Of a stretch of 64,000 bases of DNA, positions 1-8,451 are shown piece by piece. Both the position numbers and the translations under genes were made by a program. The stretch is from an uncultured Methanoregulaceae archaeon. GTDB lineage: Archaea; Halobacteriota; Methanomicrobia; Methanomicrobiales; Methanospirillaceae. The DNA lies in NCBI GenBank assembly GCA_963701095.1, contig OY969564.1, positions 416,001 through 480,000 of the forward strand, in the 5' to 3' direction. The notes below the pieces were generated by a model. That model searched no databases, was not told the DNA's origin, and saw only the letters and a program-made list of their open reading frames with translations. Numbering within the stretch: the first letter of the stretch is position 1; each line of letters opens with the position of its first letter.

Positions 1-303
1 TACATATCGAGAGGTTGTTTTTTGGATCGCACCATGAACTTTACCCGCAACCCGGCGCACCTTCGTGAGTATCGGGTGTTTCTTTTCGTATTCTTCCTTG
101 TCCTTTGCCGGTTTCTGTTGCTCACGGAGTTTTTTGTTTAAGTCCCGGCGTGCCTGTTGATTAGCAGGGACTCCGTTAACTTTCACATTCTGCGAGCGGG
201 AACCACGGGCGGGAGATTGTTTTTGAGGCTGTTGTTTCTGGTGATTCTTCATCCACTCAACATACTCGGCCCCGGTTAGCCCCTCTGGTGCGTCATCTTG
301 CAT
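1..303 (-). CDS. Hypothetical basic protein, partial (runs off the left edge)
   Basis: Manual translation MQDDAPEGLTGAEYVEWMKNHQKQQPQK...GAIQKTTSRYV is open to position 1. GGGGAG RBS upstream; starts 2 nt after the stop of 306..473. Confidence 0.6.
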   Translation of the reverse strand, partial: MQDDAPEGLTGAEYVEWMKNHQKQQPQKQSPARGSRSQNVKVNGVPANQQARRDLNKKLREQQKPAKDKEEYEKKHPILTKVRRVAGKVHGAIQKTTSRYV

Positions 304-305
304 AA

Positions 306-473
306 TCACAACTCCCCGATCTCCTCCATACAGGACAGAACTTGTTTGTTTACTCGCCTGTGTGTGCCGATGTGATCTTGTACATAGGCACTATGAAGTG
401 CATCCTCATGGTTTTTGTATTGAGAATGAACGCGCTGCTTTTTTCGTCTAACAATTATTTTTGCAATTACCAT
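306..473 (-). CDS. Small hypothetical protein (55 aa)
   Basis: Manual translation MVIAKIIVRRKKQRVHSQYKNHEDALHSAY...GEL*. AGGTGA RBS upstream; tightly packed between two co-oriented ORFs. Confidence 0.5.
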   Translation of the reverse strand: MVIAKIIVRRKKQRVHSQYKNHEDALHSAYVQDHIGTHRRVNKQVLSCMEEIGEL

Positions 474-479
474 TTTTCT

Positions 480-668
480 TCACCTTACTCCTGAAAACAA
501 AATATCGACGTGTAACAATATCCCGCACAACTTCCGCCCGATACCCGCGATCTTCCCAAGACCGGGCTTCTGCTCGGGCATATCTGATACCCGCCGGCCC
601 ACTTTTGAGACCCTAATACCGGGGCGACCGTCGATAATCGGGTTGTGTGTTTGAATGTGACGTGTCAT
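480..668 (-). CDS. Small hypothetical protein (62 aa)
   Basis: ORF track; first of three tightly spaced minus-strand ORFs downstream of an AT-rich, TATA-containing stretch (700-750). Confidence 0.45.
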   Translation of the reverse strand: MTRHIQTHNPIIDGRPGIRVSKVGRRVSDMPEQKPGLGKIAGIGRKLCGILLHVDILFSGVR

Positions 669-823
669 CGGTTTTTCTCTCTATTTCTTCAATCAATATT
701 AGACAGAAGATATAAGTACTGCTATATACTTATAGTATTTAAATATATCTACACAAATCGCGTATTACAACGACGGAGAAAGAACACACGCGCACATGCG
801 CGGAAAGAAAATGCAAAAATCAA

Positions 824-952
824 GCGCGGGGCGGTGTCCAGGTGGTATCTGCTGACGGGAAACCGTACCATATCCGGAACCGGCTCACTCTCTGCCGGTG
901 CGGGAAATCACAGAACAAGCCGTTCTGCGATGGGAGTCATGCACAGCATTGA
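824..952 (+). pseudogene. 5'-truncated CDGSH iron-sulfur domain gene remnant
   Basis: Manual translation (A)RGGVQVVSADGKPYHIRNRLTLCRCGKSQNKPFCDGSHAQH* carries the complete CxC-x2-S-x3-PFCDGSH motif. No in-frame ATG back to the TAA at 740-742; only a GTG at 842. Confidence 0.75.
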
Positions 953-988
953 CATAATAAGAATGATCACAGAGGAGTGAAAAGAACC

Positions 989-1402
989 ATGAGTTTTGTT
1001 AAAGTTGCAAAAGCTGGTGAGATACCTGCCGGAGCTATGAAACATGTTGAGGTGGGCGGGACAGAGATTTGCATTGCAAATGTCAAAGGGACATTTTATG
1101 CAATCGGAGACCGTTGTGGCCACGAGAATGCAAGGCTCTCCCGGGGCTCCCTGATGGATACCATCGTGACTTGCCCCATGCATTCTTCACAGTTTGACGT
1201 AACCACCGGGAAACTTATGTCCGGGCCGGTTCTGGAACTCGGCGGGCTCAAGGAGATGTTTACCGGCTGTCCCGAAAAAGTGAAAAAAGCGGTGGCGCAG
1301 ATGTTTGAGGGAATTGTCGAGGAGCAGCGCCTGATCAAGACGTACGATCAATCGGTTTACGAAGTGAAAGTGGATGGTGATGATGTGCTGGTTCAGCTTT
1401 AA
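989..1402 (+). CDS. Rieske [2Fe-2S] ferredoxin
   Basis: CGH...CPMH ligand motif and the typical N-terminus (FVKVAK..EIP.G.MK.V). Start could be GTG 977. Confidence 0.9.
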   Translation: MSFVKVAKAGEIPAGAMKHVEVGGTEICIANVKGTFYAIGDRCGHENARLSRGSLMDTIVTCPMHSSQFDVTTGKLMSGPVLELGGLKEMFTGCPEKVKKAVAQMFEGIVEEQRLIKTYDQSVYEVKVDGDDVLVQL

Positions 1403-1625
1403 ACTCAGGTGTTGACCGATGCAGCCTGAACAAATTAGGTAACATTCAACGAGATTGTCTATGATTAAAACAAGAGAGACAACCCAATAATGTGCAATAA
1501 ATGTATTCAAATAACCAATTTCGGCTCTGTTAACTTGTTAGGAGATAATCATTTTTTCAATGCTAATTCATGAAAAATCATGACGAGATGAATATATCAA
1601 GTCCCGATAATGCACCAGAATCCCA

Positions 1626-3302
1626 TCAGTTACCAGTCTCAAGTATTCGCCAAAAACCTTTGGGCACCGTTATCTCAAACCGGGCACCTTTACCAAATAC
1701 ACCGTTCTCTTTGATAGTAAGCCCGGTAATCGCGAGGATTTCCTTTACAAGGAACAACCCGTATCCTGTATTCTTTCCAAATCCTCGTTCAAAAATTCTT
1801 TCCTTATCCTCGTCCGGGATTCCGCCTCCATCATCTTGATAAACAATAATCAGGTCGTCATGGTCTCTACGATATTCTAGTGAAATGCTGGTCAGGTTTT
1901 TTCCATGACGAAGGGAATTTTCAAGGAGATTGCCATATATTTTTTCGATAAGCAAATCAGTATAGATCTCAAGATTGCCGGTATTGACCACTATTGAAAC
2001 TCCACCCAAATCTGTGGTTTCAAGAACTTTTGTTACCGTAGCATTGACATTATTCCACTGTGAAGGTTGGATCCCAATATTCTGGTAATCACGGGTAAAC
2101 GTAATCTGGCGTCTGATGGTCTCGGCAATCTGTTGTTCCTGGTTTGCGAGCTCGGCAATTTTTGTATCGTCTGCAACCTTTTTTGTCATTCCGATATAGC
2201 CTGATAGACTATTGAGTTGGTTGAGAATGTCATGTCTTGTAACACTATTCAAGAGGACAATCTGTTTAGTTGCCTTGCGTATCCCCTCTTCTGCCCTTTT
2301 CTGTTCAGTGATGTCATGGCTGACTCCAAAGACGACATTCTTGACCCGATCATATTCCGCAATCGATTGAATAGTCATAAATGCGTTATCACCCGGCCTC
2401 TGAATCTTAAACTCAATATTGTATGGTTTGTTTTGTTCGATCAATTCCTGAAGGGCCTTATCCAACGCCTGCCGGTACTCAGGAAGTGCTATCTTCTGGA
2501 ACTCTCTAACATCCCATTCCTCACCCGAGAGACCGTACAGCTTCCGTGCTCCATCGGATGCTGTCAGTTTGTTCCGGTCAGGATAATATTCCCAGTTACC
2601 AAAATGCGCAACACCTTCTGCACGTCTGAGCCGGGCCATATTGTGCATAAGGGCCTCTTCTGCTTTATTGCGCTCTTCGATCTCTTTCTGGAGTGCATCA
2701 TTTGTGGTGACAAGCGCTGCAGTCCGTAACCGAACCCGTTCCTCTAACTCCTGCTGATATCGTTTCATTTCCGTGATATCTTCAAGGATAATCCCGACTG
2801 CCTGGCTACCATCTTCAAACACGAGAGGAATAAATTTAATTTTGAAAAACCGTTCATCGTCTTCAACATTGAAATACGCTTCGAAGCTGCATTCCTTTCC
2901 GTCCAGTGCTTTTTCAAGAGCTGCAAAGTGTTCTCCGGTAAAGTATGGTGAGATCTTTGAATGTTCCAGCTTGAGTCCCTTAAGATCGTCTTTTGAGATA
3001 TTAAAATAAGAAAGGAGGGAGTCATTGACTTCTTGAATGAAAAGATCCTGATCAAGGATCATAATCAGATCGGAAGCGAGACTCAACAGGTTGGTCAACG
3101 GCAGCCTTTGGTTAACATAGAACAATTTTGCCGGTCCCAGAACCCGCAAATCTGCCTGCCCGGATACGACCAGGGAATTAAGATATTTCGCTGCAGTGGA
3201 ACGATTCAGCGAGAGTTTCTTTGATACTTGCTCAATGGTCAGTCCTTTGGGGTTGTCCTTTAAGAGATCCCGGATCCGCACCAATTCGCTCTCCTGAACC
3301 AT
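1626..3302 (-). CDS. Winged-HTH / PAS / PAS histidine kinase
   Basis: N-terminal HTH (LLKDNPKGLTIEQVSKKLSLNRSTAAKYLNSL), PAS/PAC motifs, H-box TRHDILNQL, N-box NLLENSLRH, G-boxes DDGGGI and GYGL. Confidence 0.9.
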   Translation of the reverse strand: MVQESELVRIRDLLKDNPKGLTIEQVSKKLSLNRSTAAKYLNSLVVSGQADLRVLGPAKLFYVNQRLPLTNLLSLASDLIMILDQDLFIQEVNDSLLSYFNISKDDLKGLKLEHSKISPYFTGEHFAALEKALDGKECSFEAYFNVEDDERFFKIKFIPLVFEDGSQAVGIILEDITEMKRYQQELEERVRLRTAALVTTNDALQKEIEERNKAEEALMHNMARLRRAEGVAHFGNWEYYPDRNKLTASDGARKLYGLSGEEWDVREFQKIALPEYRQALDKALQELIEQNKPYNIEFKIQRPGDNAFMTIQSIAEYDRVKNVVFGVSHDITEQKRAEEGIRKATKQIVLLNSVTRHDILNQLNSLSGYIGMTKKVADDTKIAELANQEQQIAETIRRQITFTRDYQNIGIQPSQWNNVNATVTKVLETTDLGGVSIVVNTGNLEIYTDLLIEKIYGNLLENSLRHGKNLTSISLEYRRDHDDLIIVYQDDGGGIPDEDKERIFERGFGKNTGYGLFLVKEILAITGLTIKENGVFGKGARFEITVPKGFWRILETGN

Positions 3303-3369
3303 ATTGAGTACCTCTTTCTCTCTTAATTTGCGTTATATTCTTATAAACATCACTTTTTTCTACTAAATT

Positions 3370-3477
3370 TAATCAACTGATTTAATCATCACATATTAAC
3401 TAATGTATCAAATCAGTATATTAATTCAATGTATGTAATCAAAGGTTCTAATCATCACAATAAGAAAAATATAAATA
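3370..3477. promoter_or_regulatory. Divergent promoter with a 24-bp direct repeat (putative operator) and TATA box
   Basis: TAATCAACTGATTTAATCATCACA (3370-3393) and TAATCAAAGGTTCTAATCATCACA (3436-3459), 66 bp apart; TATAAATA at 3470-3477. Confidence 0.55.
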
Positions 3478-3567
3478 CTTTGGTGGGAGAGTATTCTCTA
3501 TGCCCAAAATCCATGCACACAAAGTGCTCATCGGGTTTCACAAAAACTTGAGCGTAGGGCGGTAATA

Positions 3568-3750
3568 ATGGAGATTTGGAATCGCCAGCAAAATGACATG
3601 GACCGATTCGAACAACAACTTAGCTCCATTGCTACCTTACTAAATGAGCATTTTAGCGTTGTCGATGAAATCTGCCGGAAATTTGAGGAATGTTGTGAGA
3701 TTCCCATAATTCCGGACGCTGATACCAGGAGAGGGTACACATGTTCCTGA
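3568..3750 (+). CDS. Small acidic hypothetical protein (60 aa)
   Basis: ORF track; part of a chain of abutting plus-strand ORFs. Confidence 0.45.
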   Translation: MEIWNRQQNDMDRFEQQLSSIATLLNEHFSVVDEICRKFEECCEIPIIPDADTRRGYTCS

Positions 3751-4073
3751 AGGTTCGGGGAAAAACTCCTGGAATTGATTGCATGATGATGGGTCGGATG
3801 AAATCTACTCGTACTGGAATGTTATGGGCTCTTGAACAGATAGTGCCCCAAAACAGTGGCTTAGATCACCTAATTATTCTGCCAATGCAGAAAAATTCGG
3901 TGAATTTCATGGAATCCTCTACAGGAATTAAAACCCTTTGGATACATTACGCCTGGCTTGTGATAGGTTCAGAGGCATTTCCTGAGATGGCATCGTTCAG
4001 TGAAAAAGCAGGACACATTTTCCAGAAACCGTATTCGATGCCCGGCAGCCAGCAAATGTTGGTTGCACAGTAA
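3741..4073 (+). CDS. Hypothetical protein (alternative start ATG 3909 with GGTGA RBS)
   Basis: ORF track; GGAGAGG RBS; overlaps the stop of the upstream ORF. Confidence 0.35.
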   Translation: MFLKVRGKTPGIDCMMMGRMKSTRTGMLWALEQIVPQNSGLDHLIILPMQKNSVNFMESSTGIKTLWIHYAWLVIGSEAFPEMASFSEKAGHIFQKPYSMPGSQQMLVAQ

Positions 4074-4088
4074 TGAGGGGGGAGTATC

Positions 4089-4250
4089 TTGGAACTGATG
4101 GGAATTACCGTTGAAAATGACACAACCTGGATTAAATTTGCTGACCTGTTGGTTGAATCTGGTGTGATTGACGATTGGATCGGACTAAAGAACAAGAGCA
4201 GTTCGTCAATTAATGTTGGTAAACGCTCTGATAATTTCAAATTGGGTTAA
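4089..4250 (+). CDS. Micro-protein copy A (53 aa), MELMGITVENDTTWIKFADLLVESGVIDDWI...
   Basis: TTG start after a GAGGGGGGAG RBS; stop 3 nt before satP; paralog of 5029..5169. Confidence 0.6.
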   Translation: MELMGITVENDTTWIKFADLLVESGVIDDWIGLKNKSSSSINVGKRSDNFKLG

Positions 4251-4253
4251 ATC

Positions 4254-4847
4254 ATGGACACTGAAACTAACTTTATCAAGGATACGATTAGGATTGCCGA
4301 TACGACTGCCAACCCAGCGCCGCTGGGACTACTGGCATTTGGTATGACGACAATTCTGCTGAACCTGCATAATGCCGGGTTCTTTGCGATGGGATCTGCG
4401 ATCTTTGCAATGGGGATATTCTTTGGCGGGATTGCGCAGATCATTGCGGGTATTATGGAATGGAAGAAGAACAACACGTTTGGTTCGACCGCATTTATCG
4501 CATACGGTTTTTTCTGGATCTCTCTCGTAGGCCTGATTCTTATGCCAGTGTTCGGCTGGAGCGGTCCCATCCAGATGCAAGCAATTGTATCGTTCCTTAC
4601 GTTGTGGGGTTTGTTTTCGTTTGTGATGTTCATCATCACATTGCGATTGTCAAAAGCGCTCCAAGTGGTCTTTGGAACCTTGACCTTATTGTTCCTCCTC
4701 CTTATCGTAGGTAATGCAACCGGCAATGGTGTTGTTCTCCAAACCGCAGGTATCGTGGGTATCATCTGTGGGCTTAGCGCGATGTACACAGCCCTTGGCC
4801 AGGTAATGAATGAAGTGTATAAAGAACAGGTTATCAAACTCGGGTGA
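4254..4847 (+). CDS. satP: Acetate uptake channel, SatP/YaaH/GPR1-FUN34 family
   Basis: Signature ANPAPLGLLAFGMTT, about six TM helices, GGIAQIIAG and NTFG..AF..YG.FW motifs. Confidence 0.9.
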   Translation: MDTETNFIKDTIRIADTTANPAPLGLLAFGMTTILLNLHNAGFFAMGSAIFAMGIFFGGIAQIIAGIMEWKKNNTFGSTAFIAYGFFWISLVGLILMPVFGWSGPIQMQAIVSFLTLWGLFSFVMFIITLRLSKALQVVFGTLTLLFLLLIVGNATGNGVVLQTAGIVGIICGLSAMYTALGQVMNEVYKEQVIKLG

Positions 4848-5038
4848 AAATCCTCGTAGAATTACAGGAATTAACTGAAATGTTTGAGATAAATCCGCTG
4901 GGACACGGTGTTGTGGATCCAATCTCAAATTCGTTTTGGAGAATGACAAGTTCTGCAAACTTGTCGGATACAGTAGGGATGGTTGCTCGCAATAAAATGT
5001 CCCGATTTCAGGCAACAGGGGAGAAACTATGGAACTGA
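4844..5038 (+). CDS. Small hypothetical protein (64 aa)
   Basis: GTGA overlap with the satP stop; ORF track. Confidence 0.3.
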   Translation: MKILVELQELTEMFEINPLGHGVVDPISNSFWRMTSSANLSDTVGMVARNKMSRFQATGEKLWN

Positions 5039-5169
5039 TGGGAATTACCGTTGAAAATGACACAACCTGGATGAAATTTGCAGACCTGTTGGTTACATCT
5101 GGTGTAATTGACGATTGGATAGAAAATCATCAACTTTCCTCAAAAGAACAGGGGGCAGATACCATGTAA
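5029..5169 (+). CDS. Micro-protein copy B (46 aa), MELMGITVENDTTWMKFADLLVTSGVIDDWI...
   Basis: ATG after a GGGGAG RBS; paralog of 4089..4250. Confidence 0.6.
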   Translation: MELMGITVENDTTWMKFADLLVTSGVIDDWIENHQLSSKEQGADTM

Positions 5170-5362
5170 GTCGGGCTTCCGAATATCAGCCGTTGATTGT
5201 TACAGGATTTATCTTCCTGCCGATATTATTGGCTGGTCTTCGATACCGGCTACAGGAAAAAGTACGGTCCCTTAAACACACAATTGCGAACTTCAAAAAT
5301 TTTGCAAAAATGCAGTATGGGAAAGAGAAAAATGAAAAAAATGAAAAAACAGGAGTAAAAAA

Positions 5363-7498
5363 ATGGATTCAAATGAAATGGATGAACTGCTGGTGAAAGC
5401 ATTCCGTGGGGATGCAAATTGCCAGACTGATGCACGAAGAGAGATTGCCGCGATGTTTACTTCGCTCGATAAGATGGCTGCAGATGCGAAGATGCTCGCT
5501 AAAGCTGCAGTTGATGGAAAACTTGAGACCCGTGCGGATGCTACCAAACACACTGGTGTATACCGTGAGATTGTTGAAGGTGTTAATAAGACTCTTGACG
5601 CGGTTATCATGCCACTCAATGTAGCGGCAGACTATGTCGATAAGATCTCCAAAGGTGAGATTCCAGAGAAAATTACTGACAAATACAATGGCGATTTCAA
5701 CGTCATCAAGAACAACCTCAACACCTGTATTGATGCGGTTAACCTTCTAGTCAAGGATGCAAAGATGCTCAGCGTGGCTGCGGTTGAGGGAAAACTCGCA
5801 ACACGTGCTGATGCATCCAAGCATATGGGAGATTACCGTAAGATCGTTCAGGGTGTCGATGACTGTCTTGACGCAGTGATTGGACCTCTCAATGTAGCGG
5901 CAGACTATGTCGATAAGATCTCCAAAGGTGAGATTCCAGAGAAAATTACTGACAAATACAATGGCGATTTCAACGTCATCAAGAACAACCTCAACACCTG
6001 TATTGATGCGGTTAACCTTCTAGTCAAGGATGCAAAGATGCTATCGAATGCCGCTGTCGAAGGTGCACTAAAGACGCGGGCTGATGCAACCAAGCACCAG
6101 GGCGATTATAAGAAGATTGTCGAAGGAGTTAACGCCACACTTGACTCTGTCATCGGACCCTTGAATGTTGCCGCTGATTATGTCGATAAGATTAGCAAGG
6201 GTGCAATCCCCAGCAAGATAACCGACAATTACAATGGAGACTTCAATGTCATCAAGAACAACTTAAACAACTGTATTGATGCCGTTAACCTCCTCGTCAA
6301 GGATGCCGGTATGTTGGCCCTTGCTGCAGAGGAAGGGAGACTCGCGACACGTGCCGATGCAACCAAGCATCAGGGTGATTACCGCAAGATTGTCGAAGGT
6401 GTCAACAATACCTTGGATCGTGTCATCCAACCGGTCAACGAAGCGCTTCGCATGTCACAAGAGTATGCAAAGCAAAACTTCACCGCACGTGTTGACGAGA
6501 AACTCAAGGTGGCCGGTGATTTTGTCGTATTCAAAGAAGCCCTTAACAATATAGGAATTGCAGTCTCCGCGGCTGTTAAAGAAGTGAACTCTCAGACCGC
6601 CAGCCTCTCAGCATCTGCTGAGGAAGCAACAGCAAGCCTCAACGAAGTCGCAACAGGCTCTGCCCAGATTGCAAACAATGCTCAGAAAGTAAACGAATTT
6701 GCAGAGAAGAGCAACAACGGAATTGCCCAGGTACTCAAGGCCATGGAGGATATGACTACTTCGGTCCAGCAGGTCTCAACCAGTATGGAAAATGTTTCCA
6801 ACCAAGCAAAAGCTGCTGCAGACGCCTCCAAGAGTGGTGCAGTGCTTGCTGAAAACGTCGAGAAAGGCATGGCAGATATCTCTACCTCAGCAGGTACAGT
6901 CAACGACATCGTCCAGGATATTGAAAAACAGATGGCAGATATCAGCAAGATTGTTGACCTGATCCGGGACCTTGCTAACCAGACAAACCTGCTCGCACTT
7001 AACGCAGCCATTGAGGCTGCACGGGCTGGAGATGCAGGACGCGGGTTTGCCGTTGTCGCTGCAGAAGTAAAATCTCTTGCCCAGGAATCACGTGGCAGTG
7101 CTGAAAAGATTGAGGAAATGATTGCCAACCTGAACCAGTCAACCAAGAATGCAGCGGTAGCCACCGATAATGCCAAGAACCAGGTTTCCAAAGGAGCACA
7201 GATGTCGTCTCAAGCACTCCAGGCATTCCGCAGTATCAATGAGGCTGCCGAGAAAGTATTTTCTGCCGCAACGGAAGTGGCAGCAGCTACCGAAGAACAG
7301 GCAGCAACTACCGAAGAGATCACGGCTAGCGTTACTGAAGTCAGGGGCCAGATTGAAGGAACCACAAAGGAAGCAAGTAATGCAGCCGCTGCATCAGAAG
7401 AAGCAACGGCATCCATCAATGAAGTCAACAAAGTTGTTGAAAACCTCAACAAGATTGTTGAAACTGTCTCCAAAGAAATGGCAAAATTCACCGTATGA
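5363..7498 (+). CDS. Cytoplasmic methyl-accepting chemotaxis protein with tandem HAMP repeats
   Basis: MCP hairpin [34 protein letters not shown]; repeated 91-aa HAMP-pair units; no TM segment. Confidence 0.95.
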   Translation: MDSNEMDELLVKAFRGDANCQTDARREIAAMFTSLDKMAADAKMLAKAAVDGKLETRADATKHTGVYREIVEGVNKTLDAVIMPLNVAADYVDKISKGEIPEKITDKYNGDFNVIKNNLNTCIDAVNLLVKDAKMLSVAAVEGKLATRADASKHMGDYRKIVQGVDDCLDAVIGPLNVAADYVDKISKGEIPEKITDKYNGDFNVIKNNLNTCIDAVNLLVKDAKMLSNAAVEGALKTRADATKHQGDYKKIVEGVNATLDSVIGPLNVAADYVDKISKGAIPSKITDNYNGDFNVIKNNLNNCIDAVNLLVKDAGMLALAAEEGRLATRADATKHQGDYRKIVEGVNNTLDRVIQPVNEALRMSQEYAKQNFTARVDEKLKVAGDFVVFKEALNNIGIAVSAAVKEVNSQTASLSASAEEATASLNEVATGSAQIANNAQKVNEFAEKSNNGIAQVLKAMEDMTTSVQQVSTSMENVSNQAKAAADASKSGAVLAENVEKGMADISTSAGTVNDIVQDIEKQMADISKIVDLIRDLANQTNLLALNAAIEAARAGDAGRGFAVVAAEVKSLAQESRGSAEKIEEMIANLNQSTKNAAVATDNAKNQVSKGAQMSSQALQAFRSINEAAEKVFSAATEVAAATEEQAATTEEITASVTEVRGQIEGTTKEASNAAAASEEATASINEVNKVVENLNKIVETVSKEMAKFTV
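5615..6042 (+). repeat. Identical 155-bp intragenic repeat (5615-5769 and 5888-6042), 273-bp period
   Basis: Exact nucleotide identity by manual comparison; a third unit (about 6161-6315) is synonymously diverged. Confidence 0.9.
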
Positions 7499-7507
7499 GG
7501 GGGAACC

Positions 7508-8068
7508 ATGGCAGCAAAGGCAGCAGCAGAACCAAAAATTGAGAACAATGGATCCCTGCCGGAACAGGAACCCAGTTCACGCTCCCGGGGAGTAAAAGGA
7601 GCCTCGAAGGATATCCAAGTCGTGGAATTTGTTCTGGGAAAAGAACACTTTGCCATCGACCTGTTCGATGTCAAAGAGGTGGTGGAGTATACCACCATCA
7701 CAAAACTTCCCAACACCCCACCGTATATCAGGGGTATGATCGATCTCCGCGGGGAAATTACAACTATCGTCGATCTCAAGCAACGCCTCAATATCCATGA
7801 GGGGGACGATATCATTGAAGAGAATAAACGGATCATTGTCCTTGACGAGAAGATAACCAAATCCAAAGTTGGCATCATGGTCGACGATGTTTCTTCAGTA
7901 TCGACATTTGAGCTCACTCAAGTCGATGACACGTCAGGAGTCGGAAACCAGGACAGCAATGCAATCATCGGGATCATTAAAAAGAAGGTCCGGATCAAGG
8001 ACAAAGATGTGAACGAGCTGATCATCTGGATTGATATTAAACCCCTCCTCGAAGACATCCACATGTAA
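7508..8068 (+). CDS. cheW: Chemotaxis coupling protein CheW
   Basis: IQVVEF.LG.E.FAI....V.EVV, GMIDLRGEITTIVDL and VGIMVDDV motifs; follows the MCP. Confidence 0.95.
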   Translation: MAAKAAAEPKIENNGSLPEQEPSSRSRGVKGASKDIQVVEFVLGKEHFAIDLFDVKEVVEYTTITKLPNTPPYIRGMIDLRGEITTIVDLKQRLNIHEGDDIIEENKRIIVLDEKITKSKVGIMVDDVSSVSTFELTQVDDTSGVGNQDSNAIIGIIKKKVRIKDKDVNELIIWIDIKPLLEDIHM

Positions 8069-8451
8069 AAAAGGTGGCAGAACAATCGGGTGGTCACCAG
8101 GAAACGATGAAACAAATATGATTGTAAGCGAGGGGAAAAATTGGAGCGGGCGGATCGAGAACCTCAAAAAAATGGAGGGGGTGAACGATCCTCCCGGTTT
8201 CCGGAAAGTCTGGCGGGCATTATGAGACCATGGGCTATCCCGGATACCATCTAACCCCATATATCGCTTGATCAAAAGACATCGGGATACAAGCGTCAAC
8301 GAGCTAAAGGTATGAAACTCGGTATTGTTGCGAGAATGATAACAGGTCGGGTTAACGTATGAAATACCTCTATGCTCTTCTGGTTCGCATCCAGATCCCG
8401 ATTTTTTCAAATAGACCGGATAAATTCGACAAAATAGACAGGAAATGAAAT

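Larger units (their letters stand above)
4090..5120 (+). repeat. 91-bp direct repeat pair (4090-4180 and 5030-5120) flanking the acetate channel gene
   Basis: 86 of 91 positions identical by manual alignment; offset 940 bp. Confidence 0.9.

Noticed and set aside
645..980. 111-aa plus-strand ORF from the track
   Set aside because: It runs through AT-rich promoter-like DNA and overlaps the CDGSH remnant, which is in another frame.
4090..5120. 91-bp repeats as att sites, composite transposon ends or CRISPR repeats
   Set aside because: Only two copies, no integrase, transposase or cas gene adjacent, and both begin at an RBS plus start codon.
5301..5317. TTTGCAAAAATGCAG upstream of the MCP as a regulon site (similarly 17124, 28150, 40226)
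   Set aside because: Half-sites match, but no clear TATA-like box at the 12-nt spacing, so they were left out of the core set.
6682..7917. Long antisense ORFs opposite the MCP/cheW (and similar ones elsewhere)
   Set aside because: Shadow frames of well-supported genes on the other strand.
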